A stretch of DNA of 64,000 bases from Bacillales bacterium UBA6356. GTDB lineage: Bacteria; Bacillota_I; Bacilli_A; RFN20; CAG-826. The translations under genes were made by a program, and so were the position numbers. The stretch is from assembly GCA_002440125.1 (NCBI GenBank), contig DJRQ01000065.1, positions 1,125 through 65,124 of the forward strand, read 5' to 3'. The notes under the pieces are model-generated. The model made no database searches and had not been told where the DNA came from. It saw only the letters and a program-made list of their open reading frames with translations. Shown here piece after piece: positions 46,582 through 56,046 of the stretch (position 1 is its first letter; each line of letters starts with the position of its first letter).

Positions 46582-48347
46582 TATTTGGTCTCTCCTTTGC
46601 GCTTCGGCGTATAAACGAACTTGTTTTTCACTTGCAGCTTCTCATAATAGCCTTCTAAAGCCAATTTATCCATAGAAGTTCGCGCCGTTTCATAAACGCA
46701 ATGGGTAAAAGCCTTGAATTGCTGGATGCTATAGAAGCGTCCTGGCGTGCAATGGGTGCTTAAGAAAGAAGCTTGCTTTTTATTGAGATTCGGATTGGTC
46801 TCGAGCAAATAGCGCATGTATTCTTTCGCTTCCTTTTCGCTTAGCACATCAAGTTCGAAGGATGGGGCACTCCCTTTTTTGGAAGCTTCCACCATCTCCT
46901 TTTCGGTGATGGTTTTGGATGGAGGGACAATGGGTTTGGAGATGGCTCCCTTCGCTAAGATTGGCTCTTCTTTTTCCGTTTGGGGCTCCCCTTCCAAAGT
47001 CTTCTTTTCTTCCTTCTCCTCTAATAAAGCGAAATCGCTTCGCTCTTCCATTGCCTCTTTTTTTGCTTCCTGAGAGGCGCTAATGCCGTTATTTTCTTCT
47101 TCTTGAAGAGAAGAGGTCTCTTCCTCGATGTTTTTAGAGGAAATTGCTTCAAAAGAGGCGTCCTCTAGAGGCTTTTCGGCCAATTCGCTCTCCTTAGCTT
47201 CGTCTTTTGAAGGGAAGAAATCGGACTTTGATTCTTCCGTCTTGGAAGGCGTTTCTTCCATGAAACTATCGAGCGTCAATTGTTCGGTCTTGGGAGGGGT
47301 CGGCTCCGATAAAGCGGCCTTCGAGACGGCCTTCTTCTCTTCTTCCGAGAGTTGGTTGTATTCGGGAGAATAGACGGCGATCTTCGCGTTGTTTATGGCT
47401 TCACGCGTTTCCACAAGCATCTTTTCGACGCTTTTTTCGAAATAGTTGACGAGGTAAGTCAAGTCCCCGCTGGAGCGGACGTTTTTCGAGGCGCTTGCGA
47501 AAACGGAGTCATTGAGGAGAAGTCTTTCGAGAGGAAGATAGAAAGCTTCCTTCCCGAAGTGATAGGCGAAGTATTCTTTTGCCATTAAGGCCGTCATGGA
47601 GAGGTTTCTATTCTCGAAAGGCGAAACCAAAGGCATATAGAAGAGAATGGCGCTTAAGGAAACGATGGTCGGATAAGAGCTTTTATGGAGGAAGTCGATA
47701 AAGGGCTCCATATAGTCCTCGACGTAGCCGTTTGGGGCTTTCTCTTGAATGAAAGACATATAGGAAGGCCGTTTCCTATCGAAATCGTTGCCTTCGCGAT
47801 AAAAAGAAGTGAGTTCGACTTCGTCGCGAAGCTTCATAAGGGCTTCCGCTAGAAAATTATCGTCCGCTACGATCGGTGTTTTCTCGCTATAGGAATCAAG
47901 GCAATTCAAGTAACCCAGAAGAATCTTGTGGCTCGGATTGCTTTCGAAATAAGTGCCATTGATCATGGCCTTTAAGGAAAGCTCGCTAATTTCAACGCCT
48001 TCCAATTCCTTAATGGCTTTTAAAGAAGGCAGGAAAAGCGATTTCCGAGCTTCTTTCCTGGCCTTTTCGCTAAGTTCGGTGCCTAAGGAATGAATGGTTT
48101 CCTTTAACGCTTCGTCGATGTTCTTCCATTTTCCCAAAAGAGTTGGGGTCACCGTCAAGGAGAGGTAGTACCCGTTGAGAAGCTTTAAGGGCAAGTTTTT
48201 TCGGAAGTCCTTTCGGTAATTGATGATATCTTGCCAAAAGTCATTAATCGAAAAAACGCCCATTTTCCGAGAGAGGCCGGCTTTATCGAGGTAATCGAGA
48301 TCGGTCGATTCCAAGGCTAATTTGGTGTATTTGCTTTGATTGTCCAT
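46581..48347 (-). CDS. Fic-fold-like protein with a degenerate active-site motif, a disordered E/K/S-rich insert and a C-terminal winged-helix-like domain
   Basis: 588 aa. IKELEGVEIS sits at the position of the Fic (S/T)xxxE(G/N) element. PLVSPFENRNLSMTAL aligns to HPFxxGNGRxxR with His, both Gly and both Arg replaced. Residues from about 330 to 500 are low complexity. The C-terminus (YSIQQFKAFTHCVYETARTSMDKLALEGYYEK) looks like a wHTH. The coding call is firm; the family call is tentative. Confidence 0.5.
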   Translation of the reverse strand: MDNQSKYTKLALESTDLDYLDKAGLSRKMGVFSINDFWQDIINYRKDFRKNLPLKLLNGYYLSLTVTPTLLGKWKNIDEALKETIHSLGTELSEKARKEARKSLFLPSLKAIKELEGVEISELSLKAMINGTYFESNPSHKILLGYLNCLDSYSEKTPIVADDNFLAEALMKLRDEVELTSFYREGNDFDRKRPSYMSFIQEKAPNGYVEDYMEPFIDFLHKSSYPTIVSLSAILFYMPLVSPFENRNLSMTALMAKEYFAYHFGKEAFYLPLERLLLNDSVFASASKNVRSSGDLTYLVNYFEKSVEKMLVETREAINNAKIAVYSPEYNQLSEEEKKAVSKAALSEPTPPKTEQLTLDSFMEETPSKTEESKSDFFPSKDEAKESELAEKPLEDASFEAISSKNIEEETSSLQEEENNGISASQEAKKEAMEERSDFALLEEKEEKKTLEGEPQTEKEEPILAKGAISKPIVPPSKTITEKEMVEASKKGSAPSFELDVLSEKEAKEYMRYLLETNPNLNKKQASFLSTHCTPGRFYSIQQFKAFTHCVYETARTSMDKLALEGYYEKLQVKNKFVYTPKRKGETK

Positions 48348-48353
48348 AAAGAC

Positions 48354-48381
48354 ATTATAAATAAAACGAAAAGGTATGCAA
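48354..48381 (-). promoter_or_regulatory. Candidate promoter abutting the Fic-like gene ATG (leaderless type)
   Basis: Minus strand: TTGCAT, a 16-nt spacer, TATAAT, then 6 nt (GTCTTT) to the ATG at 48347. There is no SD. Confidence 0.45.
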
Positions 48382-48459
48382 TATTTATACTAATTATTGA
48401 CTATAAAATCTCTATTAGTTTTTTGGATAACGGAGATTTTTCGAGCAAGTATCGGCGTT

Positions 48460-50274
48460 TTATTTATCGGTGTCGTTAAGAGAGAGGACTGCCATAAAAG
48501 CTTCTTGCGGCACCTCGACAGAACCGATCGCTTTCATTCGTTTCTTGCCTTCTTTTTGTTTTTCCAAGAGCTTTTTCTTTCGCGAGATATCGCCACCATA
48601 GCACTTCGCCAAAACATCTTTGCGCATGCTCTTGATGTCGGCGCGAGCGACCACTTTTCCATTTATCGCAGCTTGTACTGGCACTTCGAATTGCTGTTTG
48701 GGGATGATTTCCTTAAGCTTTGAAACAATCGCAATGCCCCTTTCGTAAGCGAAGGGACGATAGACGATGGAGGATAAAGCGTCGATTACTTCTCCATTCA
48801 ATAAGATATCCATCTTGCTAAGCTCCCCTGCTCGATATTCCTCAATCGTATAATCCAAAGAGGCATAGCCCTTCGTTGCGCTTTTGAGTTTATCGAAGAA
48901 ATTGAAGACGATTTCGCTAAGGGGAAGGTGGTATTTCACGACCTGTCGCGTGTCGTCGAAATAGATGAGATCTTCGTAAACGCCACGCCTATCTTGGCAA
49001 AGTTGCATGACCGCTCCCACATATTCCTTGGGCGTCATGATCGAGGCGTTTACATAAGGCTCTTCGATCGCTTTGATTTTGCTTTGCTCAGGGAGGTCGC
49101 TCGGATTATCGACCATCATGGTGGTGCCATCGGTCAATAGGATCTTATAGCGGACGCTAGGCGCCGTTAAAATGAGATTCAAACCATATTCTCTTTCGAG
49201 CCTTTCCTGAATGACATCCATGTGGAGAAGGCCCAAGAAACCGCATCGGAAGCCAAATCCGAGGGCCTTGGAGTTTTCCGGCTCATAAGTCAAGGAAGCG
49301 TCGTTCAAAGAAAGTTTATCGAGGGCATCCTTCAAGTCCTCGTATTTTTGGCTATCCACTGGGTAAAGGCCGCAATAGACCATGGGGTTAATCTTTCGAT
49401 AGCCAGGCAAGGCCTCTTGGCAAGGGTTTGCAGAAAGAGTGATCGTTTCTCCAGGGAAAACGTCCTTAATGTCTTTTATCGTCGCCGTGAGATAGCCGAC
49501 TTCGCCGCTTGAGAGCTCTTTGACGGGTATTTCCTTGGGCGTACGAATGCCAAGCTCAGTGACGACATATCTTTTGTTGGCGGCCATTAAAAGGATTTCG
49601 TCCCCCACTTTGACCGATCCGTTTTTAACCCGGATTAAAACGACGACGCCGCGGTAAGAATCGTAATAGGAATCGAAGATCAGCGCTTGCAATGGAGCGT
49701 TATTGTCCCCATTGGGCGGGGGAACGAGTTCCACCACTTTTTCGAGCATATCGAGAACTCCAACGCCTGTTTTGGCACTCACCAATGAGACATCCTCCAT
49801 CCCGATTCCGATTCGATCTTCGATTTCTTTTTCGGTCCTTGGAATATCCGCGCTTGGCAAATCTATTTTATTGATGACAGGCAAAATCATGAGGTCGTTA
49901 TCAAGCGCCAAGTAGACGTTGGCGAGCGTTTGCGCTTCCACGCCTTGAGTGGCGTCAACCACCAATAAAGCGCCTTCGCAAGCGGCTAAGCTGCGGGAAA
50001 CCTCATAACTGAAATCGACGTGCCCTGGCGTGTCGATGAGGTTGAAAATATAAGATCCGCCGTTTTTGGACTTAAAAGTCACAGTAACCGCGTTAAGCTT
50101 AATGGTGATGCCCCTTTCCCTTTCAAGGGCCATGTCATCGAGCATTTGGGCTTGCAAATTCCTCTTTTCCACCGCGCCCGTGCTTTCCAAAATGCGGTCG
50201 CAAAGAGTGCTTTTCCCATGATCGATATGGGCGATAACGCTAAAATTTCTTATGAGCTTCTGATCAAATGGCAT
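48460..50274 (-). CDS. lepA: Elongation factor 4 (LepA)
   Basis: 604 aa. Motifs seen: [31 protein letters not shown], and the characteristic C-terminal domain. Confidence 0.96.
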   Translation of the reverse strand: MPFDQKLIRNFSVIAHIDHGKSTLCDRILESTGAVEKRNLQAQMLDDMALERERGITIKLNAVTVTFKSKNGGSYIFNLIDTPGHVDFSYEVSRSLAACEGALLVVDATQGVEAQTLANVYLALDNDLMILPVINKIDLPSADIPRTEKEIEDRIGIGMEDVSLVSAKTGVGVLDMLEKVVELVPPPNGDNNAPLQALIFDSYYDSYRGVVVLIRVKNGSVKVGDEILLMAANKRYVVTELGIRTPKEIPVKELSSGEVGYLTATIKDIKDVFPGETITLSANPCQEALPGYRKINPMVYCGLYPVDSQKYEDLKDALDKLSLNDASLTYEPENSKALGFGFRCGFLGLLHMDVIQERLEREYGLNLILTAPSVRYKILLTDGTTMMVDNPSDLPEQSKIKAIEEPYVNASIMTPKEYVGAVMQLCQDRRGVYEDLIYFDDTRQVVKYHLPLSEIVFNFFDKLKSATKGYASLDYTIEEYRAGELSKMDILLNGEVIDALSSIVYRPFAYERGIAIVSKLKEIIPKQQFEVPVQAAINGKVVARADIKSMRKDVLAKCYGGDISRKKKLLEKQKEGKKRMKAIGSVEVPQEAFMAVLSLNDTDK

Positions 50275-50299
50275 ACCTACTGATTATAGCCTATCTTGC

Positions 50300-52636
50300 T
50301 TATCCTTTATAGAATTCCTTGGCTTTTCTTGAAACTTCTTCTGCGGAAGTGACGATTTCATAATCTTGCCAACGTCTTTTATAGATTTCTCGGTATTCGG
50401 GCTGGGTGTAGCGATCATCGAATAAAAGGGCGATTCCTGTGTCTTTTTCGCTGCGGATTAGGCGTCCGACCGCCTGCATGACCTTGTTGATGCCAGGGTT
50501 CCGGTAAGCATAATCGAAACCCTTTTCTTTGAAACGGCTCTTCAAAAGCTCGTTTTCAAAGCCTATTTGCGGCATGCCAGTGCCCACAATGGCGACGCCG
50601 ATAAGTCGATCGAAAGGCAAATCAACCCCTTCGCTAAAGCTTCCCCCTATCACTAGAATCCCCACTGTTGTCTTTTTTGGATTTTCTTGGAAATGCGATA
50701 AGAACTCGCTTTTCTTTTCGCTATCCATGCTTTCCGTTTGATAATAAATATCTACTTCCTCCCCGAAAGACAGCAAAGGCTTTATTTTCGATAGGTAAAG
50801 GAAACTTGGCAAATAGATAAAGAAATTTCCGATTTTCGATTGCACGAAGCTTTGAAGGAACGATGCGACTTCTTGAATCGTTTTATCGCGGTCTTTTAGC
50901 CGCAAGCTTATCAAAGGAGCCAAAAGAAGCTTGAAATTTTCTTTGGGGAAAGGGGATGGCAAAAGCAAATAAGGGACGTTTTCGAGGCCTAGAATGCTCT
51001 CAATGAAATATCCAATGGGAGAAAAGGTGCCGCTAAAAAAGACCGCTCCCCGGACTTTCTCGAAGGATTCCAAAAGCATTTTTGAGGCATCTAGGCACAA
51101 AAGGCCGATACTTTTGTCTTTCCCTTCCACCGAAGCGTAGGGAACAAGTTCAGGATAATTCTCCAAAAGGTAGCGGAGTCGAAAACATTTTCGGGAGAAA
51201 TCGTTGACGCTTTCGGGTAAAGGCGGAAGCCCATCCTCCTTCAAAAGCTCTTTCTTGGCATCCAAAAAGCGGTTGATCCCTTTGGAAAGGTCTTGCGGGA
51301 AATCCTCCAAAGCAAAAGAAGCCCTTCGTCCCTCTAAATTCTTTTCGATGGCTTTTTGGATCTTTCCTAGACGAAGCGAAAACCCTTTTTTAGGGTAGCC
51401 TTTCAAAGATTGCTTTGCTTTTTTGCACTCCCAAAGGGAAAGCGATTCGCTATAAGCTCGCCTTCCTCTGTCGACAAGGTTATGGGCCTCGTCGACTAAA
51501 ACGAAAAAATTCTTGGCATTCTCTATGGATGTTTCTCCAAAATAGCGTTCTAAGCGAACAAAAGGGTCGATGAAATAGTTATAATCCGCGACGATGACAT
51601 CGCTATCGAAAGAGAGGTCGAGTTCGAGTTCAAAGGGACAAACGCCAAATTCGAGAGCGAGCTTTGTGACGTTTTCCTTATTGAAGTGGACATATCTTTT
51701 AAGAGCCTCTTTTCGAACGTTAGGCAATAAAGAATAATAGTTTTTGGCAAAGGGGCAGGAGTCGGGATTGCATTCCTTGCCCTTTGATAGGCAAATGGAT
51801 TCCTTTGAAGCGAGGGTGCTTACCCTGATGCATAATCCTTCATCGATCAGCAATTTCAAGGCCTTCTCGGCGCTTTCTTGGCCACTGCTTTTGGCGGAAA
51901 GGAAGAACACTTTGCTTATTCCAGTCGCCCCGAACGCCTTCATGGCGGGATAAAGGGAAGACATTGTTTTGCCAATGCCAGTAGGCGCTTCGCAAAAGAA
52001 ATAGCCGCCTTTTTTGATAGTCGCATAAATATATTTCGCCATCGTTTGCTGGCCTTTCCGAAAAGTCTTATAAGGAAAAGAAAGTTTTTTAGCGCTTTCG
52101 TGGCGGAGGGAAAGGTGAGCGAAAACCTCTTCCTCTCTTTTTAGAAATTCATCGATGAGACAATCGATGTCCTTCTGAAGCTCGGCCTTTTCGAAAGTCC
52201 AAAGATGGGTTTTCTTTTCATTTGTTTTTTGAGAGAGGTAAGTCAGTTGGATTTGAGCCCGGTCTCCGCCGTTTTTAAGCAAATAAAGGAGGGCGTAGCA
52301 TTTGGCTTGGCCCAAATGCCATTCTTTCTCTTCTTCGAAAAAGACGTCTAAATCCGAAACTGTGCTCTTGATTTCGTCGATAATTGGGCATTTTCCACCA
52401 ACGATTATGCCATCGGCCCGTCCTTGGAGAGTCAAAGAGACGTTCTCCCTTTCGAAAGTGCCATCCAATGGGACTTCCGAAAGATATTCTCGGCCTTGCT
52501 TCTTTTGATAAGAGGCATGCATCGCGCTTCCTAAAAGCATGGTATCGCGATTGAAAACCCTATTGTCGATATCCCCTGTCCGAAGCAAAGAATCCACCAA
52601 CGCGTGGACGCTTAAAACGATTTTTCTTTTTTCCAT
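50300..52636 (-). CDS. PD-(D/E)xK nuclease domain fused to an XPD/DinG-family Fe-S superfamily-2 DNA helicase
   Basis: 778 aa. N-terminal nuclease motifs: GRADGI, IIDEIKS (ExK), QAKCYALLY (QxxxY). Helicase motifs: Walker A CEAPTGIGKT and DEAH box VLVDEAHNL. A four-Cys cluster (IC-x7-C-x4-C...VCPFE) lies between them, as in XPD/DinG Fe-S domains. Confidence 0.8.
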   Translation of the reverse strand: MEKRKIVLSVHALVDSLLRTGDIDNRVFNRDTMLLGSAMHASYQKKQGREYLSEVPLDGTFERENVSLTLQGRADGIIVGGKCPIIDEIKSTVSDLDVFFEEEKEWHLGQAKCYALLYLLKNGGDRAQIQLTYLSQKTNEKKTHLWTFEKAELQKDIDCLIDEFLKREEEVFAHLSLRHESAKKLSFPYKTFRKGQQTMAKYIYATIKKGGYFFCEAPTGIGKTMSSLYPAMKAFGATGISKVFFLSAKSSGQESAEKALKLLIDEGLCIRVSTLASKESICLSKGKECNPDSCPFAKNYYSLLPNVRKEALKRYVHFNKENVTKLALEFGVCPFELELDLSFDSDVIVADYNYFIDPFVRLERYFGETSIENAKNFFVLVDEAHNLVDRGRRAYSESLSLWECKKAKQSLKGYPKKGFSLRLGKIQKAIEKNLEGRRASFALEDFPQDLSKGINRFLDAKKELLKEDGLPPLPESVNDFSRKCFRLRYLLENYPELVPYASVEGKDKSIGLLCLDASKMLLESFEKVRGAVFFSGTFSPIGYFIESILGLENVPYLLLPSPFPKENFKLLLAPLISLRLKDRDKTIQEVASFLQSFVQSKIGNFFIYLPSFLYLSKIKPLLSFGEEVDIYYQTESMDSEKKSEFLSHFQENPKKTTVGILVIGGSFSEGVDLPFDRLIGVAIVGTGMPQIGFENELLKSRFKEKGFDYAYRNPGINKVMQAVGRLIRSEKDTGIALLFDDRYTQPEYREIYKRRWQDYEIVTSAEEVSRKAKEFYKG

Positions 52637-52640
52637 TCTC

Positions 52641-53585
52641 TTATGAAACGCGTAAGCCTTCGATGTTTTGGTGCCCGTTTAGAAAGGATTGGGCGTCCAT
52701 TGGTTTTTTGCCTTCCAAAAAGAGAGAAGTCAAAGACAAAACGCCATCTTTCAGATTCAAATAGAGATTCTTTTTGTCGCGCCAAAGAGAGCCGACTTCC
52801 CCTTTGGGCTCAAGAATCGTTTTCTTCGAAGAAAGGATTTTAAGCTTCTTCCCTTCGAAAATAACGTAAGCGCCCGGTTTTTCGCTTAAAGCGCGGATGT
52901 AATTGAATGTTTCCTCGAGGGACAAAGCAAGAGGGAGATGTTCCTCTTCGGGCAAAATCTTTTTAGCGATGCTTACTAGCGCCGGATTTTGTTTTTCGGC
53001 ATGGAGCTCGCCATTGGCTAAAGGAAGCAAATCTTTAAGGATCAAACTACTTGCCGCCTTCGCCATTTTTTGCGCGACGGAAGTGTAGTTATCCGTTTCT
53101 TCGATGGGGAATCGCTCTTGATCAAAGACGTCTCCTGCGTCCATTTCCGATACCATTTGCATAAGGCAAACGCCAGTTTCCTTTTCGCCATTCATGATGG
53201 CGCGTTGCATCGGCGCGGCACCGCGGTATTTCGGCAAAAGAGAGCCATGAAGATTAAAGCTTCCTAAGGGTGCGCTTTGGAGGACTTCGTCTGGTATTAT
53301 TTGCCCATAGGCAATGCAAACGATGATGTCATAGTCGATGTTTTTTAAAAAATCATGGTCCTTCCGAATTCGGTGCGGAGTAAAAACCGGAATCGAATGA
53401 TTTGCGGCGCATTCTTTGACTTCCGAGGGGCTTAAGATCCCTTTTCTTCCTCTCGGTTTATCTTCTTGCGAGATAACCCCTGCCACCTTGAAACCACTAA
53501 GATAGATATTCTCTAAAACGGTTGCCGCAATCGCCGGGGTCCCAAAGAAGAGAACTTTCAATTGTTTTGGATCGCTATATTTCAT
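52641..53585 (-). CDS. fmt: Methionyl-tRNA formyltransferase
   Basis: 314 aa. Motifs seen: VLFFGTP, NLHGSLLPKYRGAAPMQRAI. Confidence 0.92.
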   Translation of the reverse strand: MKYSDPKQLKVLFFGTPAIAATVLENIYLSGFKVAGVISQEDKPRGRKGILSPSEVKECAANHSIPVFTPHRIRKDHDFLKNIDYDIIVCIAYGQIIPDEVLQSAPLGSFNLHGSLLPKYRGAAPMQRAIMNGEKETGVCLMQMVSEMDAGDVFDQERFPIEETDNYTSVAQKMAKAASSLILKDLLPLANGELHAEKQNPALVSIAKKILPEEEHLPLALSLEETFNYIRALSEKPGAYVIFEGKKLKILSSKKTILEPKGEVGSLWRDKKNLYLNLKDGVLSLTSLFLEGKKPMDAQSFLNGHQNIEGLRVS

Positions 53586-53641
53586 CGCCCCAATTTTAAT
53601 ACAAGAACCGGCGAGTGACGAATGTTTTAAAACTTTGCTTA

Positions 53642-53650
53642 TGTTAAAAT
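53642..53650 (+). promoter_or_regulatory. Candidate extended -10 promoter for the adenylation-carrier gene
   Basis: TGTTAAAAT (TGn-TAAAAT) lies 19 nt upstream of the ATG, with RBS TAGGTGA between. No clear -35 is present. Confidence 0.35.
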
Positions 53651-53668
53651 TAAACGATAGGTGACTTT

Positions 53669-55690
53669 ATGCAGAAATCAAATTACAAAGAAAGACAAAA
53701 ATTCTTAGACACTTCCTTGCTTTTGGATAAAGGGCCAAAGAGTTTCGAAAATATATTCCATACTTTGATGAGGAAAAACAAAAGGAAGGCAGCCGCTTTA
53801 TATTTCGACGAAGACGATAGGCAAAAAACCTTCACCTATAAGGAACTAGAGGAACGCGTCCGCTATATCTCAAGACATCTTAATGGACTTTTCATGGATT
53901 TCGGGCAAGACGAAATCATTGCCTTGAAAATAAAGAATTCCCCCGATTGGCCTGTTCTTTTTTGGGCGGTTTTGGAAAGTGGGTTTTCCGTTCTTCTAAT
54001 CGATGCGAGGATGGCTAAAGAGAATACGGAAAATCTTTTGAAGCAATCCGGTGCGAAAGCTATTATCGCCACCGAGGAGACGTCTTATTCGGTTCCTTTG
54101 CTCCGCCTAAACGACATCGTTTCTTCCGAAGAAAAAGAAACATGCCGCCATTGGGGCAACCAGGTTCTCTTTTGCTCAAGCGGCACCACTGGCGACATCA
54201 AGATGATGGTAATGGATGGCGAAAACATGATTGCCCAAATCCAAAGCGCCCGCATCTTAGCCAAAGAAAACGCGACCATTATGCCTCTTGGTCCCGTCCG
54301 CATTCTAGCGATGGTTCCTTTTCATCACATTTTCGGTTTTATCGCTGTATTCCTTTGGTATTCCTATTTCGGAAAAACGATCGTCTATCCCAATTCCATA
54401 GCGTCCAAGGATATAGTGATGGCTTTAAAAAAAGGAAAGGTCACCCATCTTTATAGCGTGCCTCTTTTTTGGGATGGCATCGCTCAAAAGGTGGAGCGTT
54501 CTTTCGCCTTAAAAGGCGAGAAAAAAACGGCAATCCTCGAAAAAATGGTCGCTTCCGCCATTGGGGAAATCACCCAACAAGAAGCTGGCATTTATGGCTA
54601 TAAGCTCTTTCGAAACTTGATTCAAAAGAAAGTCTTGGGGAATAGAATCGTCGCCTGTATTTCTGGCGGCGGCTACCTTCAAAAGAAGACATTGCGCCTC
54701 TTAAATGGCATCGGCTATCCCTTGGTCAATGGGTATGGCATGACGGAAATCGGCGTCGCCAGCGTGGAATATTCAATGCTCACCCACGATATCCTTGAGG
54801 ATTCCATCGGGAAGGGATTCGGAGGATTCGAGTTCAAACTAGAAAAAGTGCCTGGGGCCAAAGATAACGAGGGCGAGCTTTTAATCCGAAGCAAAACGAT
54901 TCATAAAGAAGAAATCATCGCCGGAAAGAGACAGAGAACGTCTTTGGAAGATGGCTTTTTTAGAACGGGGGATATCGCTTCCATCGCCGAGGATGGAAGG
55001 ATCTTTATTCATGGCAGGATCAAAGACACCATCATCTCGAGCAATGGCGAAAACGTTTATCCGGATGAAATAGAGGCCTATTTCGCCAATCTTCCCCATG
55101 TCTTGTCTCTGGCTAGCGTCGGAATGGAGGAAGAAGGAAAAGAAAACATCTACCTTGTCATCGATTTAGACAATTCCATCAGCGAGAAAGAACTCCAAGA
55201 GCTAAAGAAAAAGATTGATGCCATTAATGCCACTCTTCCAAGCGAAAAAAAGATTTCCAAAACGCTGATATCCAAAAAATCCCTTCCGATGGCCAATAAC
55301 ATGAAAGTCAAACGCTTTGCCCTAAAAAACCAAATCCGCCAAGATCCGGACGCTTTTTATGATTTCGATAAGAAAGAACATGGCGTTTCTTTTTCTGGTT
55401 TCGACGAAAAAGAAGTCCTAGAGACGATGGATGGCGTGAGGAAGATTTTTTCCAAAATCCTTTTGCTTCCGGAATTTAAAATTGGCAATAACGACGTTTG
55501 GAACCAATCTCTTGGCGGCGATTCCATGACTTATATCACAATGATAAACGATTTGAACGACTGCTTCGGAGTGGAGATTCCGATGGAGTCGTATGGGAAA
55601 ATCGGAACCGTTTCCGGCTTCACCCATGAAATCCTTCTTTTAAAGCATAAGGAAAAGGCGCCCAAAGAGAAGGAAATGCCTATTGAATGA
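53669..55690 (+). CDS. Stand-alone adenylation (ANL acyl/aryl-AMP ligase) plus carrier-protein (thiolation) didomain
   Basis: 673 aa. ANL core motifs: FCSSGTTGDIKMM, NGYGMTEIG, GELLIRS, FRTGDIASIAEDGRIFIHGRIKDTIISSNGENVYPDEIE, and Lys in NMKVKR. The C-terminal roughly 80 aa carry LGGDSMTYITMINDL, a phosphopantetheine-attachment Ser context. Confidence 0.8.
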   Translation: MQKSNYKERQKFLDTSLLLDKGPKSFENIFHTLMRKNKRKAAALYFDEDDRQKTFTYKELEERVRYISRHLNGLFMDFGQDEIIALKIKNSPDWPVLFWAVLESGFSVLLIDARMAKENTENLLKQSGAKAIIATEETSYSVPLLRLNDIVSSEEKETCRHWGNQVLFCSSGTTGDIKMMVMDGENMIAQIQSARILAKENATIMPLGPVRILAMVPFHHIFGFIAVFLWYSYFGKTIVYPNSIASKDIVMALKKGKVTHLYSVPLFWDGIAQKVERSFALKGEKKTAILEKMVASAIGEITQQEAGIYGYKLFRNLIQKKVLGNRIVACISGGGYLQKKTLRLLNGIGYPLVNGYGMTEIGVASVEYSMLTHDILEDSIGKGFGGFEFKLEKVPGAKDNEGELLIRSKTIHKEEIIAGKRQRTSLEDGFFRTGDIASIAEDGRIFIHGRIKDTIISSNGENVYPDEIEAYFANLPHVLSLASVGMEEEGKENIYLVIDLDNSISEKELQELKKKIDAINATLPSEKKISKTLISKKSLPMANNMKVKRFALKNQIRQDPDAFYDFDKKEHGVSFSGFDEKEVLETMDGVRKIFSKILLLPEFKIGNNDVWNQSLGGDSMTYITMINDLNDCFGVEIPMESYGKIGTVSGFTHEILLLKHKEKAPKEKEMPIE

Positions 55691-55711
55691 CGATGATTAA
55701 AAGGGTAAAAT
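55683..55711 (+). promoter_or_regulatory. Candidate sigma-A promoter of rpsT
   Basis: TTGAAT (55683-55688), a 17-nt spacer, then TAAAAT (55706-55711). The -35 box overlaps the stop codon of the upstream gene. Confidence 0.5.
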
Positions 55712-55744
55712 CATACCCGCAAACGAAAGAAAAAGGAACGAAAA

Positions 55745-56005
55745 ATGGCTAACATTAAATCACAAATCAAGAGAATTGACATCTATGCTCGCAACAACGC
55801 CCGCAACAGCTCCCGCAAAGCGGAAACGAAAACGGCAATCAAGAAAGTCGAAAAACTCGTGAACGAAGGCAAGAAAGAAGAAGCTGTTGTCGCTATGAAA
55901 AACGCGATTTCCCTTCTTGATAAGCTCGCTCAAGATGGCATCGTGAGCCGAAACGCAGTGACCCGCAAAAAAGGGCAACTTGAAGCGAAAGTCGCCACTC
56001 TCTAA
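55745..56005 (+). CDS. rpsT: 30S ribosomal protein S20
   Basis: 86 aa reading MANIKSQIKRI......N....S..KT.IKK. Confidence 0.93.
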   Translation: MANIKSQIKRIDIYARNNARNSSRKAETKTAIKKVEKLVNEGKKEEAVVAMKNAISLLDKLAQDGIVSRNAVTRKKGQLEAKVATL

Positions 56006-56022
56006 TTTTCAGATAGATCTTT

Positions 56023-56046
56023 AACCGGCCAAGCGCCGGTTTTTTA
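56023..56046 (+). terminator. Intrinsic terminator of rpsT
   Basis: ACCGGC-CAAGC-GCCGGU followed by UUUUUUA. The T-tract overlaps the stop codon of the convergent phosphoesterase gene. Confidence 0.75.
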
